A DNA stretch of 64,000 nt from an uncultured Nitrospiraceae bacterium (GTDB lineage: Bacteria; Nitrospirota; Thermodesulfovibrionia; Thermodesulfovibrionales; SM23-35), in the NCBI GenBank assembly GCA_963727775.1, contig CAVSHB010000001.1, forward strand, positions 288,001-352,000, in the 5' to 3' direction. A model generated the notes under the pieces. It worked only from the letters and a program-made list of their open reading frames with translations. It was not told the DNA's origin and made no database searches. A program made the position numbers and the translations under genes. Below are positions 1 to 10,401 of this stretch, one piece after another; positions within the stretch are counted from its first letter, which is position 1; each line of letters opens with the position of its first letter.

Positions 1-1
1 G

Positions 2-148
2 ACGGTCGGGAGGATTAAGGTATTATCTTACATCGGAGAAACCTATCTGAAGGGTATTGTCATCGAAGGTGAGATTAGGCCCAAGGACATCGCAAAAAAG
101 GGAGATGTTTCTTGTCTCATAATTCTGGCAGGCGAGTGTCTTCCTTAG
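2..148 (+). CDS. 3' end of hypothetical protein (partial, runs off the window start)
   Basis: Open frame TVGRIKVLSYIGETYLKG...ECLP* ending about 80 bp before kdpD. Confidence 0.5.
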   Translation, partial: TVGRIKVLSYIGETYLKGIVIEGEIRPKDIAKKGDVSCLIILAGECLP

Positions 149-230
149 TCAACAATTCGTACCTCGCACATGTTTCTGATTTGTGCCAGTAGTCGAAAAG
201 TGCCAAAATAGGGTGAGGAGGAGCAAAGGT

Positions 231-2921
231 ATGGAAGATCACAGGTCTGATCCTGATTTGCTTATCGATAGGATGCGCAGGGAAACCGAGCGGAAACGCG
301 AGGGGCAGCTAAAGATTTTTTTCGGTGCGGCCCCTGGTGTAGGGAAGACCTATGCAATGCTTGGAGCCGCGCAGCAGAAGCGGACGGAAGGACTCAACGT
401 TGTCGTAGGGCTTGTGGAGACCCACGGGAGGAAGGAAACAGAGGCGCTCCTTGCCGGGCTTGAAGTAATGCCACGCCGTCCCGTTGAATACCACGGCGCG
501 ACGCTGTCTGAATTTGACATCGATGCTGCTCTAAAAAGGAAACCTGCGCTCATTCTGGTTGATGAACTGGCCCATACCAACGCTCCAGGATCACGCCATA
601 AAAAGCGATGGCAGGACATATACGAACTGCTTGGCACAGGTATCAATGTATATACCACAGTAAATGTGCAGCACCTCGAAAGTCTGAACGACGTGGTCAC
701 ACAGATTACCGGCATTAACGTGCGTGAAACCGTCCCCGATTTTCTTCTCGACCGGGCCGACGAAATTGAGCTTATCGACCTTCCTCCAGAAGACCTCTTG
801 CAGCGCCTCAGGGAAGGGAAGGTATACGTGCCGGAAGTGGTATCACATGCGAGAAAGAACTTCTTCCGCAGAGGTAACCTGCTTGCGCTCCGCGAACTAG
901 CTCTTCGCCGGACTGCCGAAAGGGTCGACGAGCAGATGCAGAGCTACCGGGAAGTGAAAGGGGTCACGGAGGTATGGCCTGCCGCAGAGCGGATATTGGT
1001 ATGTGTCGGTCCGAATCCCCGTTCGATACGGCTGATCCGGGCCGCAAAGAGAATGGCCGCAGGGCTCAGGGCTGAGTTGATAGCGGTTTACGTCGAGGCC
1101 CCTCACAAGGTGAAGCCGTCTGAAAGCGATCTTAGGCAGCTTGCCGAACATATGCGACTTGCCGAGAGTCTGGGGGCCGAGACCGTGACACTTTCAGCTC
1201 AAAAGGCAAGCGAGGAAATATTGAATTATGCCCGTGCCCGCAATGTCACAAAAATTCTTGTCGGCAAGCCGACCCATCCTCGATGGAAAGATAAGGTATT
1301 CGGTTCCATGCTCGATGAAGTTGTTCGCGGGAGCGGAGAGATCGATGTCTACGTGATAACCGGCGACACCGGCGAAGCGATGACCCGGCACGTTGCAAAA
1401 GCCGCCCTGCGGCGATCAAGCCCAAAAGAATGGGTTCTGTGCATCTCCAGTGTGGCAGTCTGCACGGGGCTTTCCGCTTTGGTGTTCCCCTATCTTACCC
1501 TTGTAGACATTGCTATGGTGTACCTTCTGGGTATTATGCTGGTTTCAAGCCGTGCAGGCAATAGGCCATCGTTGTTGGCGACCTTCCTAAGCGTAGCGGC
1601 CTTTGATTTCTTTTTTGTGCCACCGCGCTATACTTTTGCCGTAAGCGACGTGAAATATTTTTTCACCTTTGCCGTAATGTTCATTGTCGCCTTTGTCATC
1701 AGCAGGCTTACAATAAAGGTACGGGACCAGGCGACCGCGGCCAGACAGCGTGAGCGGAGAACTGCTGCCCTCTACAGCCTGAGCCGAAAACTGGTGCAAG
1801 AACGTGGGATAGAACAACTTAGCGTCATGGCGGTAAAGCATATCAGCGAGGTTTTCTCAAGCCATGTTGTCGTCCTTGTGCCGGATGAAAGAGAAACATT
1901 AACAATCCCGGTCACAGGCCCGGCCACTTTTGCCCTCGATCAAAAGGAACTGAGTGTAGCCCAATGGACCTTTACCCACAGACAAAGGGCTGGTCTCGGA
2001 ACCGATACCCTTTCCGGCGCCAAGGCGCTTTATCTGCCTTTGGTCGCCGCATCGAGAACGGTAGGAGTCATTGGGGTCATGCCCACCCATGCGGGCGGCT
2101 TCTTTGACCAGGAGCAGGTCCATGTTCTGGAGAGTTTCACAAACCAGATCGCTATGGCTATTGACCGCGCCATGCTCTCCCAAGAGGCCCAACAGGCCCT
2201 CCTGAAGGCTGAGACCGAGACTTTGCGAAACACACTCCTCAGTTCCGTCTCGCATGACCTGCGCACCCCTCTATCTGTGATCACAGGCGCAGCGACTGCT
2301 CTTCTTGATAAGGACATAAGCCTGACTCAATCGGGCAAAGAAGAGCTGATCCAGACTATTTATGAGGAGTCTGAACATTTGAACCAGATTATTCGCAATG
2401 TGCTCAATATGACACGCCTTGAGTCCGGGGCGATAACGGTGAAAAAGGAATGGCAGCCCGTTGAGGAGATTGTCGGCGCTGTGCTTGACCGGTTTGGGGA
2501 AAAGCTCAAAGATCGTCCTCTGACAATAGATCTGCCGGCCGATTTGCCGTTGGTCCCCTTTGATCCCTTACTCATAGAACAGGTGCTGATGAACCTCCTG
2601 GACAACACAGTTAAGTATACTCCACAAGGAACTCCTGTTGAACTTTCGGCAGCTGTTAAGGAAGGCAATATTATCGTTAATATAAGCGATCGAGGGCCCG
2701 GTATTCCACCGGGTGAAGAGGAGCGGATATTCGAGAAATTTGTTCGCGGTGCGGCAACAGGTGGCGGTATAGGACTGGGGCTCACCATTTGCTACGCGAT
2801 TGTCACTGCGCATGGCGGGAGGATATGGGCCGAGAACAGGACGGGAGGAGGCGCGGTTTTTAGTTTTGCTCTTCCTATTGGGGAATACCATCCCCAGCCT
2901 GAGATCGAGGAAAAAGTTTGA
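231..2921 (+). CDS. kdpD: Osmosensitive K+ sensor histidine kinase KdpD
   Basis: KIFFGAAPGVGKTYAML KdpD domain, USP domain, TM helices, GAF, SHDLRTPL H-box; ATG at 231 after GAGGAGGAG. Confidence 0.95.
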   Translation: MEDHRSDPDLLIDRMRRETERKREGQLKIFFGAAPGVGKTYAMLGAAQQKRTEGLNVVVGLVETHGRKETEALLAGLEVMPRRPVEYHGATLSEFDIDAALKRKPALILVDELAHTNAPGSRHKKRWQDIYELLGTGINVYTTVNVQHLESLNDVVTQITGINVRETVPDFLLDRADEIELIDLPPEDLLQRLREGKVYVPEVVSHARKNFFRRGNLLALRELALRRTAERVDEQMQSYREVKGVTEVWPAAERILVCVGPNPRSIRLIRAAKRMAAGLRAELIAVYVEAPHKVKPSESDLRQLAEHMRLAESLGAETVTLSAQKASEEILNYARARNVTKILVGKPTHPRWKDKVFGSMLDEVVRGSGEIDVYVITGDTGEAMTRHVAKAALRRSSPKEWVLCISSVAVCTGLSALVFPYLTLVDIAMVYLLGIMLVSSRAGNRPSLLATFLSVAAFDFFFVPPRYTFAVSDVKYFFTFAVMFIVAFVISRLTIKVRDQATAARQRERRTAALYSLSRKLVQERGIEQLSVMAVKHISEVFSSHVVVLVPDERETLTIPVTGPATFALDQKELSVAQWTFTHRQRAGLGTDTLSGAKALYLPLVAASRTVGVIGVMPTHAGGFFDQEQVHVLESFTNQIAMAIDRAMLSQEAQQALLKAETETLRNTLLSSVSHDLRTPLSVITGAATALLDKDISLTQSGKEELIQTIYEESEHLNQIIRNVLNMTRLESGAITVKKEWQPVEEIVGAVLDRFGEKLKDRPLTIDLPADLPLVPFDPLLIEQVLMNLLDNTVKYTPQGTPVELSAAVKEGNIIVNISDRGPGIPPGEEERIFEKFVRGAATGGGIGLGLTICYAIVTAHGGRIWAENRTGGGAVFSFALPIGEYHPQPEIEEKV

Positions 2922-2957
2922 AACGAGACTCTTTTGAACGTATGGAAACAGGATAGC

Positions 2958-3665
2958 ATGTCAGAGGATAACGGACTAATTTTGCTGATCGAAGATGAGC
3001 CCCAGATGCGGCGTTTCCTCCGCATTACTTTGCAAGGCCACGGCTATCGGCTCGTTGAAGCTGACACAGGAGAAGAGGGATTGCAGCAGGCCATAACCCG
3101 AAATCCCGATATCGTACTCCTCGACCTTGGTTTGCCCGATATAGACGGGATTGAGGTTGCGAAAAGGTTTCGTGAGTGGAGTGAAGTGCTGCCGATCATA
3201 GTCATTTCCGCTCGGGAGCAGGAAGAAGATAAGATCAAGGCACTCGATGCGGGTGCCGACGACTATCTTACCAAACCATTTGGAGCCGGCGAGCTGCTCG
3301 CCCGAATACGTGTAGCCCTCCGTCACAGGGTCATGCAGCAGTCGGTTCAAAAAGACCCGGAGTTCACTCTGGGGGACCTCAGGGTGGATCTCGCAAAAAG
3401 GCGGGTATTTGTGAAAGATAAAGAGATCCATTTGACACCCATAGAATATCGGCTCCTGACCGTGTTAATTAAGAATGCCGGCAATGTTGTCACCCATACT
3501 CACCTTCTGAAGGAAGTATGGGGGCCACCGTATATAGGCCAGACTGAGTACCTTCGAGTATATATGGCACAACTCCGGCGTAAGCTCGAAGAAGATCCTG
3601 CGCAACCCAAGTTTTTGATAAACGAACCGGGTGTTGGCTACAGGTTGAAAGTTGATGTCGGGTAG
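2958..3665 (+). CDS. kdpE: Response regulator KdpE
   Basis: LLDLGLPD receiver, OmpR wHTH with YLRVYMAQLRRKLE, adjacent to kdpD. Confidence 0.93.
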   Translation: MSEDNGLILLIEDEPQMRRFLRITLQGHGYRLVEADTGEEGLQQAITRNPDIVLLDLGLPDIDGIEVAKRFREWSEVLPIIVISAREQEEDKIKALDAGADDYLTKPFGAGELLARIRVALRHRVMQQSVQKDPEFTLGDLRVDLAKRRVFVKDKEIHLTPIEYRLLTVLIKNAGNVVTHTHLLKEVWGPPYIGQTEYLRVYMAQLRRKLEEDPAQPKFLINEPGVGYRLKVDVG

Positions 3666-3822
3666 GGTAACAACTTCGAATAAGCGTTATATATAGGAAT
3701 AGCATAAGATTAAACCTCACTATTTAATCATAGGGGAGACTAATTTTATAGCTATTAAAAAAAGAAACCTTCTGCAAGAATATGTTTATGGAGAAACAAA
3801 ATTCTTTTGACAGGAGGTTTCT

Positions 3823-5114
3823 ATGGAACAAGTAGATGGTATCAGACTTAGGGAGTTTCGACAAGTCAAGAAAGAGATACGTGGCTCCGACCAGTATTTG
3901 ATCGTCGGCATCGACGTGGCCAAAGAGAGGCACAATGCCTTTTTCGGCACGGCTAACGGTAAAACGCTGCACAAGGGAGTGATCTTTGACAACACGATTG
4001 AAGGATTTGAGAAACTGCTGACGCTGACAGAAGCACTTAAGGTTCAACATAACTTTACGAAGGCGGTCTTCGTCTTGAGCCCACAGCTAATTACCATAAG
4101 CCTTTGGGAGAGCATCTCATTAAGTGCGGGCATATGGTTGTTTTGTTATCGGGGGCGGCAGTAAAAAACAACCGACCGCTTCTGGATGGCAGATGGGACA
4201 AGCACGACACTAAGGATTCCGCAAACGTAGCCGACCTCATCTGTCAGGGGAAATTCCTCTACTATGAGTACCCGGACCCGAAGATGCAGGATCTGAGGAA
4301 TCTCCTTTCCTTAAAGAGACGACTCAAGAAAGAGGAGCACAGTATCCGGGTTCGCATCCGCAATCAGCTTCTGGCTCAGTATTTCCCTGAGATGGATCGG
4401 CATTTCGGCCCGGCAGTGAGCCTGGCCGTAGTCGGACGCTGTCTTAATCCCTCGGTAATCGCGGGGATGGAATTCGATGAATTCCGCAGGCATGTTGCCA
4501 TCAGCAGGATGAATATTGCCCAACAAAAGCTGTTGCATACAATTTGGCAGATAGCCCCTGAGTCCATTGGATGTTATGTAGGGGACGTAGTACCGTTCGA
4601 GGCGAAGGTGATGGTATCGAAGCTTAATCAGGTGCGAGAGACGATCAAAGAGGTGGAAGATAAAATAGAGGATATGTGCCTACAGTTTCCGGAATACCCA
4701 TGCCTTTTGAGTATCCCAGGCTTTGGGCCGGATGTTTCCTCAAAGGTCCTGGGAGCGATAGGTAATCCCTTTCGCTTTACGAGCTATAAGCAGATCCTGA
4801 AGATGGCTGGCTTCGATCTTTGCGCGGAACGCAGTGGAAAGGCTTCAAACGGCGCAACGCCGGTTATCTCCAAGCAAGGGAAAGCTGATCTTCGATATGC
4901 CTTGTATCAGGCTGCTTTCATCGCTTCCCATCATAACAAAGCCTTTATGACTTATTACACCAACAAGCTTAGAGGCAGACAGAGAGAAAAAGGAATCAGC
5001 ACGAAGATGCATGTTAAGCTGGCCGCAAAGCTCCTGGTTATTGCATGGACCCTGATGAAAAAGAAGGAGCTATTCGATCCAAAATATTTTAATAGGGAGG
5101 ATACTACAATATAG
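3823..5114 (+). pseudogene. IS110 DEDD recombinase, frameshifted
   Basis: GIDVAK, KHDTKD, ERSGK motifs; 1-bp deletion near 4072 relative to copy B (FGLEPT region). Confidence 0.9.
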
Positions 5115-5360
5115 GTCTGATCGAAATAATTCAACTGGGGGCTTCCTGTGAAGCTGTTTCTGTTCCAAGAGCCCTAAAAAATTACTTTGATGCGGAGAGC
5201 CCGAGAATAAGCGTTGAGGCTGAATGACCTCGTGAATGACAATACAGGGCCTCTCACTGAACTTGAGAATTTGGATAAAGGATGATGGGCGGTCCCGCAT
5301 TGCGGAACATGCCGGATAAACGTAACGATAAGAAATCAGGTTCGCTTTAAGTGAGAAAAA
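5115..5360 (+). ncRNA. Putative bridge RNA/seekRNA of IS110 copy A (boundaries approximate)
   Basis: Scaffold conserved with copy B; GAATAAGCGT (5205-5214) equals the left flank and GAATGAC (5234-5240) is the reverse complement of the right flank. Confidence 0.8.
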
Positions 5361-5489
5361 GCATCACAGAATTACTCCGTCGTTCGCAAAAACGAAATAG
5401 GAGGGCTTTGCCCTTTAAACGGGTCAACAAGCAACCTTATTAATTTTTATAGACTATTTTTTTTATTGACAGGAGGCACTATAGGATGT

Positions 5490-5525
5490 CATTCCGCTGC
5501 GAAGTTGCGGAATAACACTTATTCG
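5490..5525. repeat. Right part of palindromic target repeat (left part at 3672-3687)
   Basis: Reconstructed CGAATAAGCGTCATTCCGC-TGCGAAGTT-GCGGAATAACACTTATTCG hairpin; second copy at 50066-50108. Confidence 0.8.
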
Positions 5526-5551
5526 TTCTCGGCAATAGTGCCCTCTCTCTT

Positions 5552-6145
5552 TCAGGGCGTAACATTCACTCTGTAATACCCTTCGTCCGACCGTGGATCC
5601 CAGTTCTGTAAAAAATGGTCGAGGGCAGATGTTTTCCCTATAGGGATATGTCCATACAAAAAAGATAGCTGTTTTGCTGCCTCTGATTTTGGTGCTCCAT
5701 CCACGACGACCTTCCACATGGCGGCTGCAAGTCCGGATCTGTCCGCACCGGCCTGACAGTGTATCAAAATAGGACGAGGCGCGAATTTGAAAACCTTAAT
5801 AAGTTTATTGACTTCAGCATTATCAGGTTCTCGGTATGCCGATAGAGAGATGTCAAAGTGCGTCACATTATGCTTTGCACATGCCACTTTTTCCTCTTTA
5901 TACCATGAAGAACTGAGGTTTTCACCACGCAAATTCAGAACGCTCTTGATGTTATATTGTTTAATATAATACGCAAGCTCATCCCTGTTAAGTTGAGCCG
6001 ACCTGTAAGCTTCTCCCTGCGTGATCGGGTGAAAATTACCACGCTCCGTTACATACCAAAAATAAATTGCAGGTAAAAGAAGTAACAAAGTCAAAACTAT
6101 AATGAAATTCTTTGGTTTGCGTATCATCATCCCGCTATGTCCCAA
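5552..6145 (-). CDS. Membrane-anchored protein tyrosine/dual-specificity phosphatase family protein
   Basis: HCQAGADRSG catalytic loop, N-terminal TM segment; start uncertain. Confidence 0.85.
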   Translation of the reverse strand: MGHSGMMIRKPKNFIIVLTLLLLLPAIYFWYVTERGNFHPITQGEAYRSAQLNRDELAYYIKQYNIKSVLNLRGENLSSSWYKEEKVACAKHNVTHFDISLSAYREPDNAEVNKLIKVFKFAPRPILIHCQAGADRSGLAAAMWKVVVDGAPKSEAAKQLSFLYGHIPIGKTSALDHFLQNWDPRSDEGYYRVNVTP

Positions 6146-6174
6146 TCCCTCGTATCTATCATTCTCTTAATATA

Positions 6175-6317
6175 CTAAGGAGGTCATAAGTAAGGCCACA
6201 TAAGTTGTCATTCCCGCAAGCGAAGCGCGTCGAGAATCCTTCTGAAAACAAAGAAAGATTCCGGACAAGCCGGAATGACATGGATGCTGAACGTGGCTTT
6301 ACTAATGACCGCATTAG
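6175..6317. mobile_element. MITE with TA flanks and internal REP/RPE-like palindrome
   Basis: 23/27 terminal inverted repeat including TA flanks; internal GTCATTCC...GGAATGAC hairpin. Confidence 0.65.
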
Positions 6318-6419
6318 TAACTAAGCTCAAACATGGTCTGTCACCGATTCCCATTCCTTATCGCTTGAAATCTTTATTCCAGTTTGCCTATATTTTGTGA
6401 GGAACTGTAAAGCAATATC

Positions 6420-7448
6420 TTATTTCCCCACCACCAGGATCACAAAACTGTCTTTGATCATCGTCGGCCGCGGTCTCGATTCTCCTGGCGCTGACGCCGC
6501 TTGCGGAGCAAACTGTGCGGCAGGTAAATAGATATTGTGGGTCTTGGGATCGATCGCCATTGTGCGCGCTCCGCGTTGTGTTGCGACGGTATCGACAACC
6601 TCGAACTTGCCCGGAGACGACTCATGCATCACGGTGAGAGTGCCGTCCCCGTTAGAGCTGAAAGCCAACCCCGTCCCGGGATCGAAACCGTTTCCGTCCA
6701 CCCCTTCGCCGATCGGCACAGTGGCAATTACTTTGCCTGCCTCCGTGTCGAAAATGGCCATAATCTTATTGTGACATCCCACAAAGACCCGATGATACAC
6801 CGAATCAATTCCCATTCCTGTAGGCTCTTCGCAAGGCTTGAGTGAAGACCGCTTAGTTACCGTAAGCTTCCGGCTGTCGATTTCTACGACTTCGTTAGTG
6901 TCTTCGATATTCACGTATACCTTCCCCTTGTCATCCGCCGTCGCAAATTCCGGTTTGCCGCCGAGTGCAATCGTGGCTGCAACCTCTCCACTGAAGCCAT
7001 CGAATACCGTAGCATCCTTACTGCGGCCATTGAAATCGAATACCCGTTTTGAGGCAGGATCGTACAAAATGGCATCAGGATTTGTTCCAGTCTTCACCTG
7101 TCCAAGAACTTTCAGCGTTTTCAAATCGAAAATAGTCGCCGTATTTGCCCGCCCGTTGCTAATAAAGCCGCGATTCAACTCGGGTGCCACCGCGATTCCG
7201 TGTACGCCAGGAGTGTCGGGAATATCGCCTATCAATTTATCTGTGTCGATATCGACCACCATTACGTGGATGGACCGGGAAATGTACAGCCGCCGGGAAA
7301 CGCCATCTACAGCCAGATAGTCCCAGCCGCCTTCGCCGCCCAGTTGCAGTTTTTTGATCACATGATGCCCGGAATCCGCCGCATAGGCGACTGTGCCGAG
7401 AACCAGACCACAGAACAACAAAAGTGTTTTCAATGAAGATGTTTTCAA
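6420..7448 (-). CDS. Secreted YncE/YVTN-type beta-propeller protein
   Basis: Signal peptide; GGEGGWDYL, GVHGIA, GARTMAID motifs. Confidence 0.85.
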   Translation of the reverse strand: MKTSSLKTLLLFCGLVLGTVAYAADSGHHVIKKLQLGGEGGWDYLAVDGVSRRLYISRSIHVMVVDIDTDKLIGDIPDTPGVHGIAVAPELNRGFISNGRANTATIFDLKTLKVLGQVKTGTNPDAILYDPASKRVFDFNGRSKDATVFDGFSGEVAATIALGGKPEFATADDKGKVYVNIEDTNEVVEIDSRKLTVTKRSSLKPCEEPTGMGIDSVYHRVFVGCHNKIMAIFDTEAGKVIATVPIGEGVDGNGFDPGTGLAFSSNGDGTLTVMHESSPGKFEVVDTVATQRGARTMAIDPKTHNIYLPAAQFAPQAASAPGESRPRPTMIKDSFVILVVGK

Positions 7449-7583
7449 AAGTTACCACCTTTCGTCCGTTATTGTCCTTTTTCTTAACATAACAGTTTCC
7501 ACGGCTAATCTTCTACAATTACTCTTTTCTGAGGGAAATGTTGAGAGGAGAAAGCACCGACAAGACGGAAGGATTTTTGCTAT

Positions 7584-9620
7584 CTATAAAGATGTTTTCC
7601 CGTTAATTCCACTCCAGTGGATACTTTGATTCCTTCCCGTTCTTTTTGCCTGGTACAATGCCTTATCCGCCCTCTCGATAAGTTCTTCTTTTTTCTTAAT
7701 GTCCCCGGCACTTGTGGATATCCCGATGCTTATGGTCACGTTGAAATTATTTTCCCCGGATACAAATTTTGTGTCCATTACGGTTTTTCTCAATCTCTCG
7801 GCCATGTTCATCGCGCCTTTTTCATCGGTACCCGGCAACACTACCGCAAATTCCTCGCCCCCGTACCTTGCGGGGATGTCTATGTTTCTTATGGTCTTTT
7901 TGATCATGTCGGAGACTTTCTTCAGTACGGCGTCTCCGACCGGATGTCCATAGGTGTCATTTATCTTTTTGAAATAGTCTATGTCGATAAGGAGTAAAGA
8001 GATCGGCTCTGAAAACCTTTCAAGACGGCCGAATTCCTGCGTGAGTCTTTCCTGGAAATGTCTATGGTTGAACAGGCCTGTCAACCCGTCTGTTATCGCC
8101 AGCCGCTCAATTTCCGTGTAGAATTTGGCGTTTGCTATCGATGTCGACGCCTGATTCCCGAGGACCTCAAGGAGTTTGATCTGATGAGGGCTTATTGCGC
8201 TTGTCTTTTCCAAAAGGAGAGCAAGTATTCCCAGGAGGTCTTTTTCATATAGCATCGGGAGCACAAACACGGAGCCTGTGTTGTCCGTTTTGAAAGGCAT
8301 AATGGGAGAGCGATAGCTCCTGACATCCGAAATATAAACAGACTCTCTGTTCTTCACGGCCATATCGAGCAGTGTCCCTTTGATGTTGTATGTCTTTTTC
8401 CCGCGGGAATACAGGCCTGTCTGATATACGACCTCGAACCCTGTCCCCTGCGCCATAAAAAAGATTATCTCTGAAGGCGCTATCCTGTTTGCTCCGTCTA
8501 TCAAGCTTTGTACTATGACATCCATATTAAGTGAAGAGAGCAGTTTTGAGCTCTCCTCATTTAAAATCTTCAAAGCGGAATAGGAACGTTGTATCTGAGG
8601 GTAAACACGTTCCCTCTGCAATACCCTCATGACCTGGTTTGCGAATATCTGAAGAGTATCCATATCGACGCTGCTGAAGGCATGAAATCTTCCGCTGTCG
8701 GCAACCATAACGCCCAGGGGAAAATTCTCATCGATAACAGGCACTAATATCAGCGAAGAAATCTTGTCTTTTTTTAAATACCCCGGGTCAAGCTTTTGTC
8801 CATTCATATCTTCTGAAGAAATAAAAGATTTTCTGTCCTTAAAACAGAGATTTATCATGCCTCCTTCAGAGGGTATGATACCGCCTAATCCTTCTGTTGA
8901 GCATCTCAGCTTCAAACTGCCGCCTGATCCCGTAAAGAGGTTAACAGAATCTGCAAATACCATATTTTTCGCGACAGTAAGAAGTTCCTTGATTTCATCA
9001 TCGGGCTTGAACATCGACTCCAGGTAATCGGACACAATTTTTTCATTACTGAACAATTTTGTTTCTGCCTCCATGTCCTGATCTTTTTCCGCTTCTTCTG
9101 CGCCGGACAGCGGCGCTGCCAGGAGTTCTTTTTTGGTCCTGGTTTTGAGAAGTAAGGATAGGCCCGCGGTCACTGCCAATGACGCGACGAAGGCAGTCTC
9201 TTCAAAGCGCGTCATCTTGTTTAAAAAATTGTTTATCTCAAGGAAAGGAATGAAGATCAGAAGCGAGAGTACGGTCCTATGCCCGTAGAATGCAGCAAGA
9301 CATACCATAAACGGGAAATAGACTATCCTTAACCACGGCATGGCAAATGCCTGGATAATGCCGGCGAGCAACAGCGATAAGGAAAGGAGGAATTGCAGTG
9401 AATATTTTTTTTCTTTTTTTAAGAAGTAAAAGGCGGAACATACGGAGATCGTAGCGGAGCTGAAGACAAACCACGGGACTTGTCTTTTTAAAGGAAATTC
9501 GAATAATAATCCGAGATAGGTGAGAAAGAGAAGGAGAAACGGAAGCCAGCTTTTTATCCGGAAGCCCTGCCTCTTTTTATCTCCTCTTCCCTGAAGTATT
9601 TTCTGTACAATATTTCCCAC
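7584..9620 (-). CDS. Membrane-bound GAF-GAF diguanylate cyclase (start uncertain)
   Basis: N-terminal TMs, two GAF-like regions, TDGLTGL, DIDYFK and RYGGEEF motifs. Confidence 0.9.
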   Translation of the reverse strand: MGNIVQKILQGRGDKKRQGFRIKSWLPFLLLFLTYLGLLFEFPLKRQVPWFVFSSATISVCSAFYFLKKEKKYSLQFLLSLSLLLAGIIQAFAMPWLRIVYFPFMVCLAAFYGHRTVLSLLIFIPFLEINNFLNKMTRFEETAFVASLAVTAGLSLLLKTRTKKELLAAPLSGAEEAEKDQDMEAETKLFSNEKIVSDYLESMFKPDDEIKELLTVAKNMVFADSVNLFTGSGGSLKLRCSTEGLGGIIPSEGGMINLCFKDRKSFISSEDMNGQKLDPGYLKKDKISSLILVPVIDENFPLGVMVADSGRFHAFSSVDMDTLQIFANQVMRVLQRERVYPQIQRSYSALKILNEESSKLLSSLNMDVIVQSLIDGANRIAPSEIIFFMAQGTGFEVVYQTGLYSRGKKTYNIKGTLLDMAVKNRESVYISDVRSYRSPIMPFKTDNTGSVFVLPMLYEKDLLGILALLLEKTSAISPHQIKLLEVLGNQASTSIANAKFYTEIERLAITDGLTGLFNHRHFQERLTQEFGRLERFSEPISLLLIDIDYFKKINDTYGHPVGDAVLKKVSDMIKKTIRNIDIPARYGGEEFAVVLPGTDEKGAMNMAERLRKTVMDTKFVSGENNFNVTISIGISTSAGDIKKKEELIERADKALYQAKRTGRNQSIHWSGINGKTSL

Positions 9621-9838
9621 TCAGGACTTCCCTCAACTACCTTTTTTGAAAACGACTGCAATTTCTTTCTGACGACGGAATCTATCTCTTCTCCCACCTT
9701 GAGTTCCGAAACAATAGTCCTCTTGATCTCCGCCCGTATCTTGCCTTCTTCCCCCGTCGCTTCAACGAGTTTTTTGGCGAGGAGCTCTTTAAGCAGTACA
9801 TGAGCAAGGTGCGAAATCTTGTCCTCGGAGAGCATCAT
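9554..9838 (-). CDS. DUF507 family protein
   Basis: MMLSEDKISHLAH...EGSPEWEILY pattern; tandem paralog. Confidence 0.75.
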   Translation of the reverse strand: MMLSEDKISHLAHVLLKELLAKKLVEATGEEGKIRAEIKRTIVSELKVGEEIDSVVRKKLQSFSKKVVEGSPEWEILYRKYFREEEIKRGRASG

Positions 9839-10116
9839 AAGACGATGTTTCTCTCCTTCACGATTTTCCGTTTTGTGAGATCGAAGAGCGTTCTATAGTC
9901 CATGCGTTCCTTCTCAATTTCAGAGGCGTGGCTTTTTAATATTTCCCTTACTTCGTCGTTGAGCCTGTCCTCCACAGTGAGTTCAGTAAGGATAAGCGTT
10001 TCCGCCGCTAAAAGAAGTTTTTCCGCAGATATGCCTGGTCTGACAAGATTTTTTGAAATGAGATTATCTATTATTTTTTTTGTTAAGAGAGGAACCCAGG
10101 TCTTGGGGATCCTCAT
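9835..10116 (-). CDS. DUF507 family protein
   Basis: EDRLNDEVREIL...DYRTLF pattern; follows rpsR. Confidence 0.75.
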   Translation of the reverse strand: MRIPKTWVPLLTKKIIDNLISKNLVRPGISAEKLLLAAETLILTELTVEDRLNDEVREILKSHASEIEKERMDYRTLFDLTKRKIVKERNIVL

Positions 10117-10117
10117 C

Positions 10118-10378
10118 CTACTTTTCCGCGTAGGCAATCAATGCTATACTTCTTGCCCGTTTGATGCACTCAGACAGTTCTCTCTGATGTTTTGCACAGG
10201 TCCCGGTCATTCTCCTGGGGAGGATTTTTCCCCTTTCCGTCAGATAACTCTTGAGTATCTTGATATTCTTATAATCAATAAACTCCACTTTTTCCGAACA
10301 GAACCTGCAAAATTTCCTTCTCTGGAATGTTTTCCGCTGCAAACTGCCTCCTCTTTCTCTATTGCTTGAAGTAATCAT
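10118..10378 (-). CDS. rpsR: 30S ribosomal protein S18
   Basis: [23 protein letters not shown] motifs. Confidence 0.97.
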   Translation of the reverse strand: MITSSNRERGGSLQRKTFQRRKFCRFCSEKVEFIDYKNIKILKSYLTERGKILPRRMTGTCAKHQRELSECIKRARSIALIAYAEK

Positions 10379-10401
10379 AATTTTCTTTTCCGTCCTTTAA
10401 T

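Larger units (their letters stand above)
3686..5489 (+). mobile_element. IS110-family (IS1111-type) element, copy A
   Basis: Ends defined by similarity to copy B (left GT-TATATATAG, right TTGACAGGAGGCACTATAGGAT-GT); GT core at both junctions; removal restores the palindrome seen at 50066-50108 with one substitution. Confidence 0.9.
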
